Below, in pieces: positions 1-10,263 of a stretch of DNA of 48,800 bases; positions within the stretch are counted from its first letter, which is position 1, and the number at the start of each line of letters is the position of its first letter. The position numbers were made by a program, and so were the translations under genes. Origin of the DNA: a virus (lineage: Duplodnaviria > Heunggongvirae > Uroviricota > Caudoviricetes); the IMG/VR virus record IMGVR_UViG_3300045256_000127, one strand, 5' to 3'. Below the pieces are notes generated by a model. That model did no database searches and had not been told where the DNA came from. It saw only the letters and a list, made by a program, of their open reading frames with translations.

Positions 1-1
1 G

Positions 2-1087
2 ACCGCCCCCAAGAGCGACCCGGAGAACCTGAGCGAAGCGATTGACGAAGTAACGACATGGTTGAAGAAGGCCCAAAAGCCGGTCATCATGGCCGGGGTG
101 GAAGTGGCCCGATACGGCCTGGGCGAGAAACTGGTGAAGTTCGCCGAGCGGCACAACCTGCCGATTGTTACGGAATACCTGAGTAAGTCGGTCGTCCCGG
201 AGACGCACCCGCTGTTCGCCGGACTGTACAGTGGCCCGGCCAGCGACGAGTTCACCCGGAAGCTGGTGGACGAGAGCGACTGCCTGCTGATGTTCGGCGT
301 GATGCTGACGGACATGACCCTCAACTTCATGCCCGCCAAGTTCCAGAAGCGGCAGGTGGTGAACGCCTCGGCCAACGGGCTGAAGGTGAAGAACCACGCC
401 TACACCAACGTCACGTTCATGGACTTCTGCAACACGTTGCTGAAGGCCGAACTCGGCCTGCGGGAAACTCCCGACCTGCCGGTGTACGAGGCCGTCAAGG
501 AGTTCGTCCCGGAGAAGGGCAAGAAGATCACCACCAGCCGCCTGTTCGAGATGGTGGAAACGATGTTGACCAAGAACACGGCAGTGGTGGCCGACATCGG
601 CGACTGCCTGTTTGGTGCCGCCGACATGACGATGCACAACAACAACCTGTTCCTCTCCCCGGCGTTCTACACGAGCATGGGTTTCGCAATCCCTGGGGCG
701 TTGGGTGTGATGACGGCGAAGCCGCACCTGCGGCCGGTCGTCCTGGTGGGCGACGGGGCGTTCCAGATGAGCTTCGGCGAACTGTCCACCCTGGTGAACC
801 GCAACCTGAACCCGATTGTGATTGTGTTAAACAACGGCGGGTACAGCACCGAGCGGGTCATGAAGGACGGCGGATACAACAATCTGCGGAACTGGAGCTA
901 TCATACGGTCGGCGACTTATTCTTCGGCGGCTCAGGTGCCGAGGTACGCACGGAAGACGAACTTGAGGCGGCTGTTAATAAAGCCCTTGACTCAAAGCAG
1001 CTTTTCGTGTTAAATGTCGTGTTAGGCCCGAAGGACATCTCCCGTGGTATGCGGCGGATGGCCGAAGCCTTAGCAAAGCGTGTTTAG
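2..1087 (+). CDS. TPP-dependent alpha-keto acid decarboxylase (pyruvate/indolepyruvate decarboxylase family), 5'-truncated by the window
   Basis: Frame is open from position 2. TPP-binding motif GDGAFQM...NN and ADIGDCLF / SMGFAIPGALG segments. Confidence 0.85.
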   Translation, partial: TAPKSDPENLSEAIDEVTTWLKKAQKPVIMAGVEVARYGLGEKLVKFAERHNLPIVTEYLSKSVVPETHPLFAGLYSGPASDEFTRKLVDESDCLLMFGVMLTDMTLNFMPAKFQKRQVVNASANGLKVKNHAYTNVTFMDFCNTLLKAELGLRETPDLPVYEAVKEFVPEKGKKITTSRLFEMVETMLTKNTAVVADIGDCLFGAADMTMHNNNLFLSPAFYTSMGFAIPGALGVMTAKPHLRPVVLVGDGAFQMSFGELSTLVNRNLNPIVIVLNNGGYSTERVMKDGGYNNLRNWSYHTVGDLFFGGSGAEVRTEDELEAAVNKALDSKQLFVLNVVLGPKDISRGMRRMAEALAKRV

Positions 1088-1094
1088 GAACTAC

Positions 1095-1337
1095 ATGGCC
1101 GTAGACGAACAAGATGTTCTTCCTCCTCAATGGAAGGCTTATCTCCAAGACGAGTGGCTGGTCAAAGACCGGCAGGGATTCATCGAGCATATTGATGACC
1201 TTGAGGAGAATGCCGATTGGGAGGAGAACTTCGCCCAGCAATGGCTGGACATGAACAACTACGAGCTTTACCTGAAGCACCGTGATCTAGCCGAAGAAAA
1301 ACGCATGGAAGCTGAGTACATGCGTAGTTTACTCTAA
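1095..1337 (+). CDS. hypothetical acidic protein
   Basis: ATG at 1095 after AGGAA; fills the gap between decarboxylase and infC. Confidence 0.6.
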   Translation: MAVDEQDVLPPQWKAYLQDEWLVKDRQGFIEHIDDLEENADWEENFAQQWLDMNNYELYLKHRDLAEEKRMEAEYMRSLL

Positions 1338-1395
1338 CAAAGAAGAGGTTTTGCCGCACATGGCACTGTTTTCAAACCCCAAGAAGGGGGCGTGA

Positions 1396-1920
1396 GTGTT
1401 CAATAAGAAATACGACCCGAAGCAGAAGAAGCAATTCACTCGGGTGAACGAGCAGATTCGCATCTCCCCTGTCCTCGTCGTCAAAGACGGGCAGAAGTTG
1501 GGCACCATGCCCAACTACGAGGCACTGCGGTTGGCTCGTGACGAAGGGCTTGATCTCGTCGAGATTTCGCCCAACTCCCGCCCTCCGGTCTGCTCGATCA
1601 TGGACTACGGGAAGTTCAAGTTCGACCAGTCCAAAAAGAAGAAGGACAAGGGTTCCGCCCAAAAGGAAAAGGAAGTGTCCTTCCGGTACGTCGTGGGCGA
1701 TCACGACCTGGAAACCAAAGTCAACCAGATCAAGGGCTGGCTGGAGTCCGGGGAACGGGTCAAGATCACGGTCAAGTTCAAAGGCCGGGAGAACGCCCAC
1801 AAAGACGAGGGGATGGTCGTCATCAACAAGTGCCTTGAGTTATTGAAGGACGTGGCAAACGTGGAGAAGAAGCCGTCCTTCGAGGGCAGCCAAATCATCG
1901 CACGCCTCACCAAGAAGTAA
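1396..1920 (+). CDS. infC: translation initiation factor IF-3
   Basis: RVNEQIR, ARDEGLDLVEISPNSRPPVCSIMDYGKFKF and VKITVKFKGRE are IF-3 signatures; GTG start. Confidence 0.95.
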   Translation: MFNKKYDPKQKKQFTRVNEQIRISPVLVVKDGQKLGTMPNYEALRLARDEGLDLVEISPNSRPPVCSIMDYGKFKFDQSKKKKDKGSAQKEKEVSFRYVVGDHDLETKVNQIKGWLESGERVKITVKFKGRENAHKDEGMVVINKCLELLKDVANVEKKPSFEGSQIIARLTKK

Positions 1921-1921
1921 G

Positions 1922-3097
1922 GTGGCTGTGGATAAGGAACAAATCATTAGGCAGCAGGGAACTGCGCTCGTGCGGGTGCTGGAAGAGAAATCCGCTCTCC
2001 CGGCACCCCCGGCGTGTTCACTATTGACACGTCTCAAGTCTTACACAACCGAAGAACTCCGAAACTGCTTCGGAATCTACGGCCTGAATTTCGCCGCCTT
2101 CGCCAACAACATCGACCTGGAACACCCCGACCTGAACGCCCTGTTCGGCGGGCAACTAACTGAGGACCGGCCGGGTTACTTCGGCCGGGACGCCTCGGAC
2201 CTGCTCAAGCTGGCCTCCTACGGCACGAACTTCAACCTGTCGCAATACGTCCTCTACAACCTCAAGCGGGTCATCACCCAGCACGAGATGTGGAACGAGA
2301 TCAGTAAGAAGCTCGACAACCCGAGTCGAAACCAACTCTACGTCCGGTTCGTGAAGAGTTGGTCGGAGCGACACAACATCCGCAAGTCCAAGAGGACGCA
2401 GCCGGTCGAACTCCGGGTGCTGTTCAAGAAGGGCAGCCGGATGTGGGACTCCCAGCCGGACGACTTCTCTCCGTTCATCCGGGACGAGATCAGATACAGC
2501 GTCCAACTCCAGAAGGCGATGGATCGGTTCAACCACTTCCAGAAACTCGGCCTCAGTTGCATGGCCGAGGAAGTGAAGAAGTCGGTGGACTTCATCGAGG
2601 CAAAGTCACGGTGCGATCTGTACCTGGGATACAACAAGATCACGCTCACCCAGGCGGCAATCGTCCTGGCACGCATGATCGGCTGTGAGTTCCACGAGGA
2701 CTTGGCGTCTACCGTCTGCATTAACACGGACAAGTTGTACGATTTCTCCACCGTGTCCCTGAGCCGGGGCTACTTCAAGTACACGCCCCAGGCGTACTGC
2801 CTGCACGACATGCCAGAGCCGCCCGAAGCGGTGCGACGTATTATGGAACACGTCGAGGCCATGCCCGAGTTGGGAAAACGCCCGGCATTCGACCATTATC
2901 GGGTGGTTGTCCCGAGTTTTAACTACCCGGACATCTACCTAACTTACAGGACGTTGAACGGCGAAACGGTGATTGCCGATACCTACGCCGACATGAGGAA
3001 GGGACTCGACCTTGAGCTACTGAAGGCCGGTATCACCACTGGCGTGTTACTCGGCGAACGAGACGGCGGTTGTTACTTCTTGGGGTATTGGGCGTGA
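1922..3097 (+). CDS. hypothetical protein (391 aa)
   Basis: Long ORF tightly coupled to infC; no motif recognised. Confidence 0.75.
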   Translation: MAVDKEQIIRQQGTALVRVLEEKSALPAPPACSLLTRLKSYTTEELRNCFGIYGLNFAAFANNIDLEHPDLNALFGGQLTEDRPGYFGRDASDLLKLASYGTNFNLSQYVLYNLKRVITQHEMWNEISKKLDNPSRNQLYVRFVKSWSERHNIRKSKRTQPVELRVLFKKGSRMWDSQPDDFSPFIRDEIRYSVQLQKAMDRFNHFQKLGLSCMAEEVKKSVDFIEAKSRCDLYLGYNKITLTQAAIVLARMIGCEFHEDLASTVCINTDKLYDFSTVSLSRGYFKYTPQAYCLHDMPEPPEAVRRIMEHVEAMPELGKRPAFDHYRVVVPSFNYPDIYLTYRTLNGETVIADTYADMRKGLDLELLKAGITTGVLLGERDGGCYFLGYWA

Positions 3098-3423
3098 GCG
3101 ACAGACAGATCAAAATCTCAGCGGCGTTGTTGCGAGAGATGCTGGTTGAGGCATATCAGAGTGGGTGGTACGGGGTTCAGGAGTTAGACGGCGACACGGC
3201 CGACAGTATCATCGAGAAACGTATTACCGAGGACATGGTGGTCAAACCCGCACCGCCCCCTGCCACTATGCCGTTCGTCGGCGTCGGCCAGCCGCTCATC
3301 GTCAGCGGCCTCGGCATGAACCTGAACATGAACGGCTGGGCCGCACAGCCGAACAACATCATCATCAGTGCCGACTCTATCAACCCGGTACAGGTCACAA
3401 GCAACCAGGATCACTCGATCTGA
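3094..3423 (+). CDS. hypothetical protein
   Basis: GTGA start/stop overlap with the upstream gene. Confidence 0.6.
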   Translation: MSDRQIKISAALLREMLVEAYQSGWYGVQELDGDTADSIIEKRITEDMVVKPAPPPATMPFVGVGQPLIVSGLGMNLNMNGWAAQPNNIIISADSINPVQVTSNQDHSI

Positions 3424-3437
3424 CACTATCTTAATCC

Positions 3438-4502
3438 ATGTTGCCTTTATTCAAGGTGTTCATGGCTCCCGAGGCCGGTGATGCGGTCAAGGAAACTCTC
3501 TACTCCGGTTTCATCGGCCAGGGGGCGAAAGTCGCCTCCTTCGAGGCCGAGTTACAGAGCTACTTCGGCTCGCCCTGGGTACTCACCACCAACTCCTGCA
3601 CGAGTGCCTTGCACTTGGCCTACCTCTTCGCCGAACCCGGTGAAGCGTTGTGCCCGCCGCTCACCTGCCTCGCCACGTCGGCCGCACTGAAGCAAGCCGG
3701 ACACACGGTCAAGTGGGTGGATATCGAACCCAACGGCAACATCAACCTCGTCGATCTCGCCACCAAGCTCACCCCGCAGACGAAGCTCGTGGTCGTCGTC
3801 CACTTCGCCGGGAACCCGGTCGATCTGGACAACCTCAACGCTATCCTCGACAAACACGCCGAGAAGCACGGCAACCGGCCGCTCGTTGTGGAAGACTGTG
3901 CCCACGCCATCGGCAGCCGCTATAACGGCCGCAAGGTGGGCACCACCTTCGGGCACATCTGCTGTTTCTCGTTTCAAGCAGTGAAGACCCTGACCACCGG
4001 CGACGGCGGGTGTATCAGCCTGAGCAGTCAGATCGAGTACGACATCACCAAGCGGCGGCGGTGGTTCGGCTTGAGTCGTGACTGTTCGATCTTTGAGCAG
4101 GACGTGACGGAGTTGGGCTATAAGTATCACATGAACGACATCAACGCCACCATCGGGTTGTGTAACATGTCGCACCTGGACGCCCTGGTGGCGAAGCAGC
4201 GTGGGAACTACCACTTCTACCGGGACGCCCTGCCTGGGATCAGCGTGGCTCAGTGCGGCGAGCCGAACGGCTGGCTGTACCCGGTGTGGGTGGATGACCG
4301 TGTGTCGTTCGAGAGGATGATGGCCGAGCGGGGCGTCCACTGCGGTCCGGCCCACTGCCGTAACGACGTGTACTCGTGTTACAGAAAAGCGGACTTGCCC
4401 ATCATGGAGTTGGCCGAGAAGCACCTGACCTGTATTCCGTGCGGATGGTGGATAGAAGAAGCCGACAGGCAGTACATAGTTGACTGTATCGTGAAAGGGT
4501 AA
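3438..4502 (+). CDS. DegT/DnrJ/EryC1/StrS family PLP-dependent sugar aminotransferase
   Basis: TNSCTSALHLA, VVEDCAHAIG, FSFQAVKTLTTGDGG (PLP lysine) and GYKYHMNDINA. Confidence 0.92.
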   Translation: MLPLFKVFMAPEAGDAVKETLYSGFIGQGAKVASFEAELQSYFGSPWVLTTNSCTSALHLAYLFAEPGEALCPPLTCLATSAALKQAGHTVKWVDIEPNGNINLVDLATKLTPQTKLVVVVHFAGNPVDLDNLNAILDKHAEKHGNRPLVVEDCAHAIGSRYNGRKVGTTFGHICCFSFQAVKTLTTGDGGCISLSSQIEYDITKRRRWFGLSRDCSIFEQDVTELGYKYHMNDINATIGLCNMSHLDALVAKQRGNYHFYRDALPGISVAQCGEPNGWLYPVWVDDRVSFERMMAERGVHCGPAHCRNDVYSCYRKADLPIMELAEKHLTCIPCGWWIEEADRQYIVDCIVKG

Positions 4503-4503
4503 C

Positions 4504-4842
4504 ATGCAATTCCGTGAGTTCGTAGTTCAGGAAGGCGATCTCCTGAAATCCATCGTGTTCGGCGTCAGGCAGGGCATCAAGAAGTTCAACGAGAAGCCAA
4601 CCCCGCCGCCCGAGAAAAAGGTGTCGGAAAAGAAGCAAATCCTCAATCAACTAATGTCGGCGACGAACGACAAAGACCTGTCGGCTGTCGTCGAAAAGAT
4701 GATTCAGAATAACTTGAGGCTTACCGCCAACGGCGAACTGAAGAAACCCAACAAGAACTGGTTGATGGAGAGACATGTACACGCACAAAAACGGAATCAC
4801 CTTCAGAAAGGTCGAGGAAGACGACCTGCGGTTACTGCTTGA
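4504..4842 (+). CDS. hypothetical protein with T4 internal-protein-like N-terminus (MQFREFVVQE)
   Basis: ORF track; TACATA at 4473-4478; 3' end overlaps the GNAT gene by 68 nt. Confidence 0.55.
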   Translation: MQFREFVVQEGDLLKSIVFGVRQGIKKFNEKPTPPPEKKVSEKKQILNQLMSATNDKDLSAVVEKMIQNNLRLTANGELKKPNKNWLMERHVHAQKRNHLQKGRGRRPAVTA

Positions 4843-5389
4843 CCTGAAGAACGAGAGTTGGTGGGGGACGCACAGTGTCCTCTTTGCCAACATGCGTGAC
4901 CAGAAGCGGTGGTTCGACAACCTCGGCGACAAGCTCGTCTTCTCCATCATCCGTGGCGAGTCCGTCATGGGCGTCTGCGTCGTCAGCGACATCGACTACA
5001 TTTCCCGGAAAGCCTCGATCAGCGGCTCGGTCATCAAAGACTTCAGAAACAACAACAACCCACGCCTGATCTTCGAGGCCGGTATCGACTTCGCCTTCGA
5101 GATGTTCAATTTCAACCGCCTGGAGGCGGAAGTGCTGGAATCCAACTATTCGGCTCAACTACTGGAAGTAAAAATGCTTGGATTCACGGTCGAGGGGAAA
5201 AAGAGGATGGCAGTTTACAAGGCGGGGCGGTATTATGACTCAATCGTACTCGGGCTACTCCGCTCCGAGTGGGAACAACAGGACCGTGTAAAAGAACTGC
5301 ACGGCGGCTGCAACACCAACTTCTGCCACGACAAGGCAGAGAAGTTCGTGCAGCGTTCACGGAAGAACATCCAGGGGGTTACGGAATGA
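4775..5389 (+). CDS. RimJ/RimL-type GNAT N-acetyltransferase (PseH-like)
   Basis: AFEMFNFNRLEAEVLESN...LGFTVEG...YYDSIVLGLLRSEW; adjacent to a sugar aminotransferase. Confidence 0.85.
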   Translation: MYTHKNGITFRKVEEDDLRLLLDLKNESWWGTHSVLFANMRDQKRWFDNLGDKLVFSIIRGESVMGVCVVSDIDYISRKASISGSVIKDFRNNNNPRLIFEAGIDFAFEMFNFNRLEAEVLESNYSAQLLEVKMLGFTVEGKKRMAVYKAGRYYDSIVLGLLRSEWEQQDRVKELHGGCNTNFCHDKAEKFVQRSRKNIQGVTE

Positions 5390-6255
5390 AATGTCTCGTC
5401 ACCGGCGGTGCCGGATTCATCGGAGCCAACCTCGTCCGCCGTCTACTGAACGACGGCCACGTTGTCGTGGTCTGGGACAACCTTTCGACCGGAAAGCGTG
5501 AAAACCTGCCGGGCAGTCCGCACGGCCACCTGAGCTTCTACGAGATCGACGTGGCCGACATCAGCCCGGAGAAGCACGTTGAGAAGCGGTTCGACATCAT
5601 CTACCACTTGGCGGCACACGCCCGCATCCAGCCCAGCTTCAAGTCGCCCGACGAGTCGTTCAAGGCCAACGTCGGCGGCACGCTGAAGATGCTCGAACTC
5701 GCCAAGAAGCATGACGTGCCGTTGATCTACGCCGGGTCGAGTTCGTTCTACCACGACAAGTACGCCAACCCCTACACCTTTACCAAGTGGCAGGGCGAAG
5801 AGTTGTGCGTCATGTACAACAAGGTCTACAAGGTGCCGACGGCCATCGCCCGGTTCTTCAACGTCTACGGCCCGTTCCAGATCGAAGACGGCCCGTTCGC
5901 AACCGTCATGGGCGTCTTCGAGAAGTGTAAGAGAGAGGGCAAGGCGTTCCCCATCACCGGCACCGGCGAGCAGCGACGGGACTTCACCCACGTTGACGAC
6001 GTGGTGGAAGGTCTGGTCAAGGTCGCCGAAAAGCGTTGGAACGCCGACATCTTCAACTTCGGCACCGGGGCCAACTACTCGGTGAAGGAGATCGCCCGGA
6101 TGTTCAAGCCGTCTGCGGCGAGCTATGTTCCGGGACGACCGGGCGAGGCACCGGAAACCCTGGCCGACATCAAAGCCACGAAGAAGGCGTTGGGCTGGAC
6201 GCCGAAGATCAAGGTCGATGAGTACATCAAGGAATTCGTGAGCAAATGCGGGTAA
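5386..6255 (+). CDS. NAD-dependent nucleotide-sugar epimerase/dehydratase (extended SDR)
   Basis: LVTGGAGFIG Rossmann motif, YxxxK (YTFTK), RFFNVYGP and RDFTHVDD; ATGA overlap at 5386. Confidence 0.92.
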   Translation: MKCLVTGGAGFIGANLVRRLLNDGHVVVVWDNLSTGKRENLPGSPHGHLSFYEIDVADISPEKHVEKRFDIIYHLAAHARIQPSFKSPDESFKANVGGTLKMLELAKKHDVPLIYAGSSSFYHDKYANPYTFTKWQGEELCVMYNKVYKVPTAIARFFNVYGPFQIEDGPFATVMGVFEKCKREGKAFPITGTGEQRRDFTHVDDVVEGLVKVAEKRWNADIFNFGTGANYSVKEIARMFKPSAASYVPGRPGEAPETLADIKATKKALGWTPKIKVDEYIKEFVSKCG

Positions 6256-6971
6256 TCGTCCTCGGCGTCTACTACAACCGTCCGCTCCTGTTCCGCAAGG
6301 CGTTGGAGAGTCTGAAGGTCACTGCCTCTACACATCCCGATTGGGAGATGGTGATCGGGGACGACAACAGCCCAAACCCGGCCGAACCCATCGTCCGGGA
6401 AGTTCTACCGGAATACGCCGACCGGGTGAAAGTTCTCAATTCGTACACCAGCAGGGAAGAAAAGGGGCAGGGCGTCGGCCGGGTCGGTGCCCTTGCCAAC
6501 CAAGCCATCCGGGAGTCGAGTGCCGACATCGGCATCTTCCTCTGTGATGATGACCTGCTGATGCCTAACTACTTTAAGACACTGAGCGAGTATTACAGCA
6601 GAACTCCTGCCATGTACGGGTATTGCGACATCGCAATCTACAACCCGTTGAAGCCGGGCGAAGCCAACTACTCAGTGAGCTACAACAAAGACGTGGACGA
6701 CCCGGTGAACCACCTGGACGCATCCCAGATTTCGTTCCGACTCGACGCCTTCCGTAAGCACGGTGTTTCCTTCCCCGAGAAGGCGAGCCTGATCGAGAAC
6801 CTGGACGCCGCCGTGCTGCGGCAGATGTACCAGAAGTTCGGCAAGCCGGACCGGATCAACTGCTACGGGCAGATCAAGGGCATCCACGACTACCAGATGA
6901 TGTGGAACAAGAAGAAAGATATCTTAACACATCTGCAACACATAGACAGTCTAGCCGGAAAAGTATTCTGA
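6246..6971 (+). CDS. glycosyltransferase family 2
   Basis: VIGDDNS and FLCDDD motifs of the GT-A fold. Confidence 0.8.
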   Translation: MRVIVLGVYYNRPLLFRKALESLKVTASTHPDWEMVIGDDNSPNPAEPIVREVLPEYADRVKVLNSYTSREEKGQGVGRVGALANQAIRESSADIGIFLCDDDLLMPNYFKTLSEYYSRTPAMYGYCDIAIYNPLKPGEANYSVSYNKDVDDPVNHLDASQISFRLDAFRKHGVSFPEKASLIENLDAAVLRQMYQKFGKPDRINCYGQIKGIHDYQMMWNKKKDILTHLQHIDSLAGKVF

Positions 6972-8065
6972 TGAAGAACCTGTACGAAGTTCTCGGAGTC
7001 GAAAAGACGGCGACGAACGAAGAGATTCAAAAGGCGTACCGAAAGCTCGCCATGAAGTACCACCCGGACCGTAATCCGGGGGACGACGAGGCCACCGAGA
7101 AGTTTAAGGAAGCCGTAGCCGCCTACGAAGTGCTGTCCGACGATGACAAGCGGCGTCATTACGATATGGTCGGCGAAGCCCCACGCCGGACCGGCAACGC
7201 CCCGCCACCGCCGTCCTACGACGACTTCTTACGCAACTTCTTCAACGGCCAACAGACCAACCGCCAGAACGGCACGAACCTCATGACCGAGGTTGTGATC
7301 GACCTGGAGGACGTATTGACCGGCAAGGAAATCGAAATCCCGCACACCACCAAGAAAACCTGCCCCGACTGCGAAGGTGCAGGCGGCGATAAGATCGTCT
7401 GTCATGAGTGCGGCGGCTCAGGCTGGCGGCGGGCACAGCACTCGATGCGGGGCCAGAACATGTTCGTGCAGCAGTCGTGTAACACCTGCCAGGGGAAAGG
7501 CTACAAGATCGGTGCCCCGTGCGACAAGTGCAGCGGCCGGGGCATGACCGAAGAGGGCGAGAACATCCTGAAGCTGGTCATCCCGCCGGGCATCCCGGAC
7601 GGCGGGCAGATGATCTTCAAGGGCTGCGGCGGGCCGGGCAAGAACGGCGGCAGACCGGGCCACCTGATCGTCACCATCGCCGTTCGGGAACACAACCTGT
7701 ACAAGCGGCTGGACGACGGCAACCTGTTGATTAAGGTGCCCGTGTCGTTCACCCAACTGGTGCTGGGCGACGAGCTAGAGATTCCGACGTTGGACAAGAA
7801 GGTGGTTAACTTCCGCATCCCGCCGAAGTCCACGGCCGGGCGGAAGATGCGACTGGCCGGACAAGGACTGCCGAAGCACCACGAGTCGCCGGAGCGGGGC
7901 GACATCCTGGCCGAACTGATGCTGGAAGTTCCGCAGGGGGCGAACGAAGAGTTGGTCGCCCTGGTGGAGAAGATGGCAAAGTTCGACGAGGACGGATCGG
8001 TCTACCCCCGGAAAAAGCATCTCAAAGATGTGTGTGCGGGACTAAATAATAACCGGGAGGCATAA
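6971..8065 (+). CDS. dnaJ: DnaJ chaperone
   Basis: J-domain with HPD (YHPDRNPG), four CxxCxGxG-type repeats and C-terminal domain; TGATG overlap. Confidence 0.95.
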   Translation: MKNLYEVLGVEKTATNEEIQKAYRKLAMKYHPDRNPGDDEATEKFKEAVAAYEVLSDDDKRRHYDMVGEAPRRTGNAPPPPSYDDFLRNFFNGQQTNRQNGTNLMTEVVIDLEDVLTGKEIEIPHTTKKTCPDCEGAGGDKIVCHECGGSGWRRAQHSMRGQNMFVQQSCNTCQGKGYKIGAPCDKCSGRGMTEEGENILKLVIPPGIPDGGQMIFKGCGGPGKNGGRPGHLIVTIAVREHNLYKRLDDGNLLIKVPVSFTQLVLGDELEIPTLDKKVVNFRIPPKSTAGRKMRLAGQGLPKHHESPERGDILAELMLEVPQGANEELVALVEKMAKFDEDGSVYPRKKHLKDVCAGLNNNREA

Positions 8066-8066
8066 C

Positions 8067-8378
8067 ATGGAATGGGATACACTTAAGAAAAGCGTGCTGT
8101 TCTGGGTCGTGGTTGGTTTCACCGCCCTCAACGTCTCGGCTTTCCTCTTCTCGAAGTTCATCATTCACCAGACCACTCAGCGGGTGCTGGAGAAGCTTCA
8201 AAAGGAATACTCGCCGTCGCCTTACGGTCCTGGCTTCGACCCGGATCGGGTGAACATCGACGGCCTCAAGCAACAACCGGCACCGGGCGGTCCATTCCCT
8301 GTGGCCTTCACTGAAGGCAATGACGCAGAGTGGGAAGCGGGATGGGAAAAGGCCAGAGGCTTTAATCCAGAACGATAG
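8067..8378 (+). CDS. hypothetical membrane protein
   Basis: N-terminal hydrophobic helix; TAAATA and GGGAGG upstream. Confidence 0.65.
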   Translation: MEWDTLKKSVLFWVVVGFTALNVSAFLFSKFIIHQTTQRVLEKLQKEYSPSPYGPGFDPDRVNIDGLKQQPAPGGPFPVAFTEGNDAEWEAGWEKARGFNPER

Positions 8379-8778
8379 CCTTCGTAATGCGTGAGTGGTT
8401 CTTGGCGGCATCTTTGGGGTGCCGCTGGAACGAAATCATCATCGTCTTCCCCAACTTCGGCTCACCCTTAATCCGCTTGAACTCATCGTAAGTAAAGTTA
8501 GCCTCGGTCCCGTCCGACAGCCGGATGAAGATCGGGTTTCGTTTGGTCAAGAGAGTTGTGATTCTACCCTGTCGCTCGATCTGCGGGATTTGCAGGTCCG
8601 TGGACGGGAGCATGAGCGAGTGGCCCGGCGACACTTCCTGGGCCTCAGACCCGTTCACGTCGCTGCTGACGTAAGCCCCCGCCTGCTGCTGGAACCCCTT
8701 GACGCCGAACAGCCGGTCCATCTGGCCTGGGATGTTACCCAGGGCGATTTCCTCATTGATGAAGTCTTTGAAATTCAT
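8362..8778 (-). CDS. hypothetical protein with internal-protein-like N-terminus (MNFKDFINEE)
   Basis: ORF track; TATATA at 8805-8810. Confidence 0.65.
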   Translation of the reverse strand: MNFKDFINEEIALGNIPGQMDRLFGVKGFQQQAGAYVSSDVNGSEAQEVSPGHSLMLPSTDLQIPQIERQGRITTLLTKRNPIFIRLSDGTEANFTYDEFKRIKGEPKLGKTMMISFQRHPKDAAKNHSRITKAIVLD

Positions 8779-8809
8779 TTGCTCACACTCAGGTAGTCTG
8801 AAGGTATAT

Positions 8810-9172
8810 ATGGCAGAACAAAAACACTTCTCCTACGAAGGTCACGTTACGGTTAAGCAACCTGACTACGCCAACGCCGAAGTAACCGGCGTCGAGTTCT
8901 TAGTCCCCGTCCGGGTCAAGGTTAAGCACAAGAACGGGCAAGAAGAAACGATCAACGGGCAGGTCAATTGGGCCGAGCAGAAAGCGTACTTCTTTAACAA
9001 GCCCGAACTGGACGCCGCTCTCTCTGCTAACGTGTTCGCCTATGTCACCGGGAAGTTGGCCGTTCCGGCAGACCTGTACGCCGCATCGGAAGACATTCGT
9101 GAAGAAGCCGGGGAAGTACACAGCGAGTTCCAGAACCTTTACACCCAAAACGTAGGAGATTTAGATGAGTGA
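8810..9172 (+). CDS. hypothetical protein
   Basis: ATG at 8810 within ORF 8699..9172; coupled to the next gene. Confidence 0.65.
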   Translation: MAEQKHFSYEGHVTVKQPDYANAEVTGVEFLVPVRVKVKHKNGQEETINGQVNWAEQKAYFFNKPELDAALSANVFAYVTGKLAVPADLYAASEDIREEAGEVHSEFQNLYTQNVGDLDE

Positions 9173-9569
9173 ACCCAGCAGACTAGCCATTTCCGTAAGC
9201 ACGGATTCGGTACGCCGCCCGACCAACGTCGGGAAGATGTTAACTTTGGAGCGTATCGTAGACTACATTGAAAAACAAGGTCTGGACGAGTACACTACGA
9301 AGGGTCTGATTGAGGAAGCTTCGAAGTATCCTCACCAAGCTCTCGGCTCGTTCCGCCGGAACTTCAACCTCATGATTCAGCGGGTTCGTGCCCGCCGAAA
9401 GAAAGAACAGCAAGGGATTGAAAATGAAAAGCAAGAAGCTAAGCCAAAAATCGCCGCCCGCCAAGCCATCTCGCTCGACGAAGCCATCAACTTCAAGAGC
9501 AAAGAAGAAGTCTCTGAGTACGAGTGCCACGGAGCAGCCGGTCCCGAGTCCTTCGACCCAGCTAACTGA
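9165..9569 (+). CDS. hypothetical protein
   Basis: ORF track, operon context. Confidence 0.6.
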   Translation: MSEPSRLAISVSTDSVRRPTNVGKMLTLERIVDYIEKQGLDEYTTKGLIEEASKYPHQALGSFRRNFNLMIQRVRARRKKEQQGIENEKQEAKPKIAARQAISLDEAINFKSKEEVSEYECHGAAGPESFDPAN

Positions 9570-9600
9570 ACAAGACGGCTTCCTCTACCTCGAAGTGCCA

Positions 9601-10050
9601 ATGGTGCTGGACTCGCCCGAGTCCTTACCTCAGTACAAGTCCGACGAAGCTGCCTGTGCCGACCTGTACGCCCTGATCCCGCCCAACGTAGTCGGCGGGA
9701 TGAACATCGGCTCGAAGATCACGTTGCAGCACCGGGCCGGAGCGAAGGTTAAGACCGGCGTCAAGGTGGCCGTCCCCCGTGGCTACAAGCTCTGCGTGGC
9801 TGCCCGCTCTGGGCTGGCCGAACGTGGCCTGCTCGTGGCGAACGCACCGGGGCAAGTGGACAGCGACTACCGGGGCGAGATCATGCTGCTCCTGCGGAAC
9901 GTGGGGCAGGAGATCATCGAAGTCAAACACGGCGAACGCCTCGCCCAATGTTGGCTCGAACGAGTCATCCGCATCAAACCCAAGATTGTTACCGAACTTC
10001 CCAAGACCGAACGTGGCGAGGGCGGCTTCGGTTCGACAGGAGTCAAGTGA
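9601..10050 (+). CDS. dut: trimeric dUTPase
   Basis: AACADLYA, RSGLA, GQVDSDYRGEI, GERLAQ and RGEGGFGSTG motifs. Start is uncertain; in-frame ATG also at 9424. Confidence 0.93.
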   Translation: MVLDSPESLPQYKSDEAACADLYALIPPNVVGGMNIGSKITLQHRAGAKVKTGVKVAVPRGYKLCVAARSGLAERGLLVANAPGQVDSDYRGEIMLLLRNVGQEIIEVKHGERLAQCWLERVIRIKPKIVTELPKTERGEGGFGSTGVK

Positions 10051-10247
10051 AAGTTAACTTCGTAACGCTACTCGCCCGCCAAGTGGAGGGCGAGTATTTC
10101 AACCTGCGAATCCTCGGCGTCTTCGCCGACAAGCAGAAGATGCAGGAGTTCGTGAACGGACTGGATATCCCCAGAGGGCAGGTGATCGAGGGCATCCCCT
10201 GCCTACTGGAAATCGGCATCTACGAAGATGTCGAAGTGACCGAGTAA
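10047..10247 (+). CDS. hypothetical protein
   Basis: GTGA overlap with dut. Confidence 0.55.
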   Translation: MKVNFVTLLARQVEGEYFNLRILGVFADKQKMQEFVNGLDIPRGQVIEGIPCLLEIGIYEDVEVTE

Positions 10248-10263
10248 CGCCCCACGGAGGAAA

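Noticed and set aside
1377-1390. CCCC-AAGAA-GGGG hairpin over the infC RBS
   Set aside because: Only 4 bp; too weak to claim regulation.
9388-9600. Lys/Ser/Pro-rich N-terminal extension on dUTPase
   Set aside because: It overlaps the upstream gene by about 150-180 nt in another frame, and the 9601 start gives a normal 149-aa enzyme. The true start remains uncertain.
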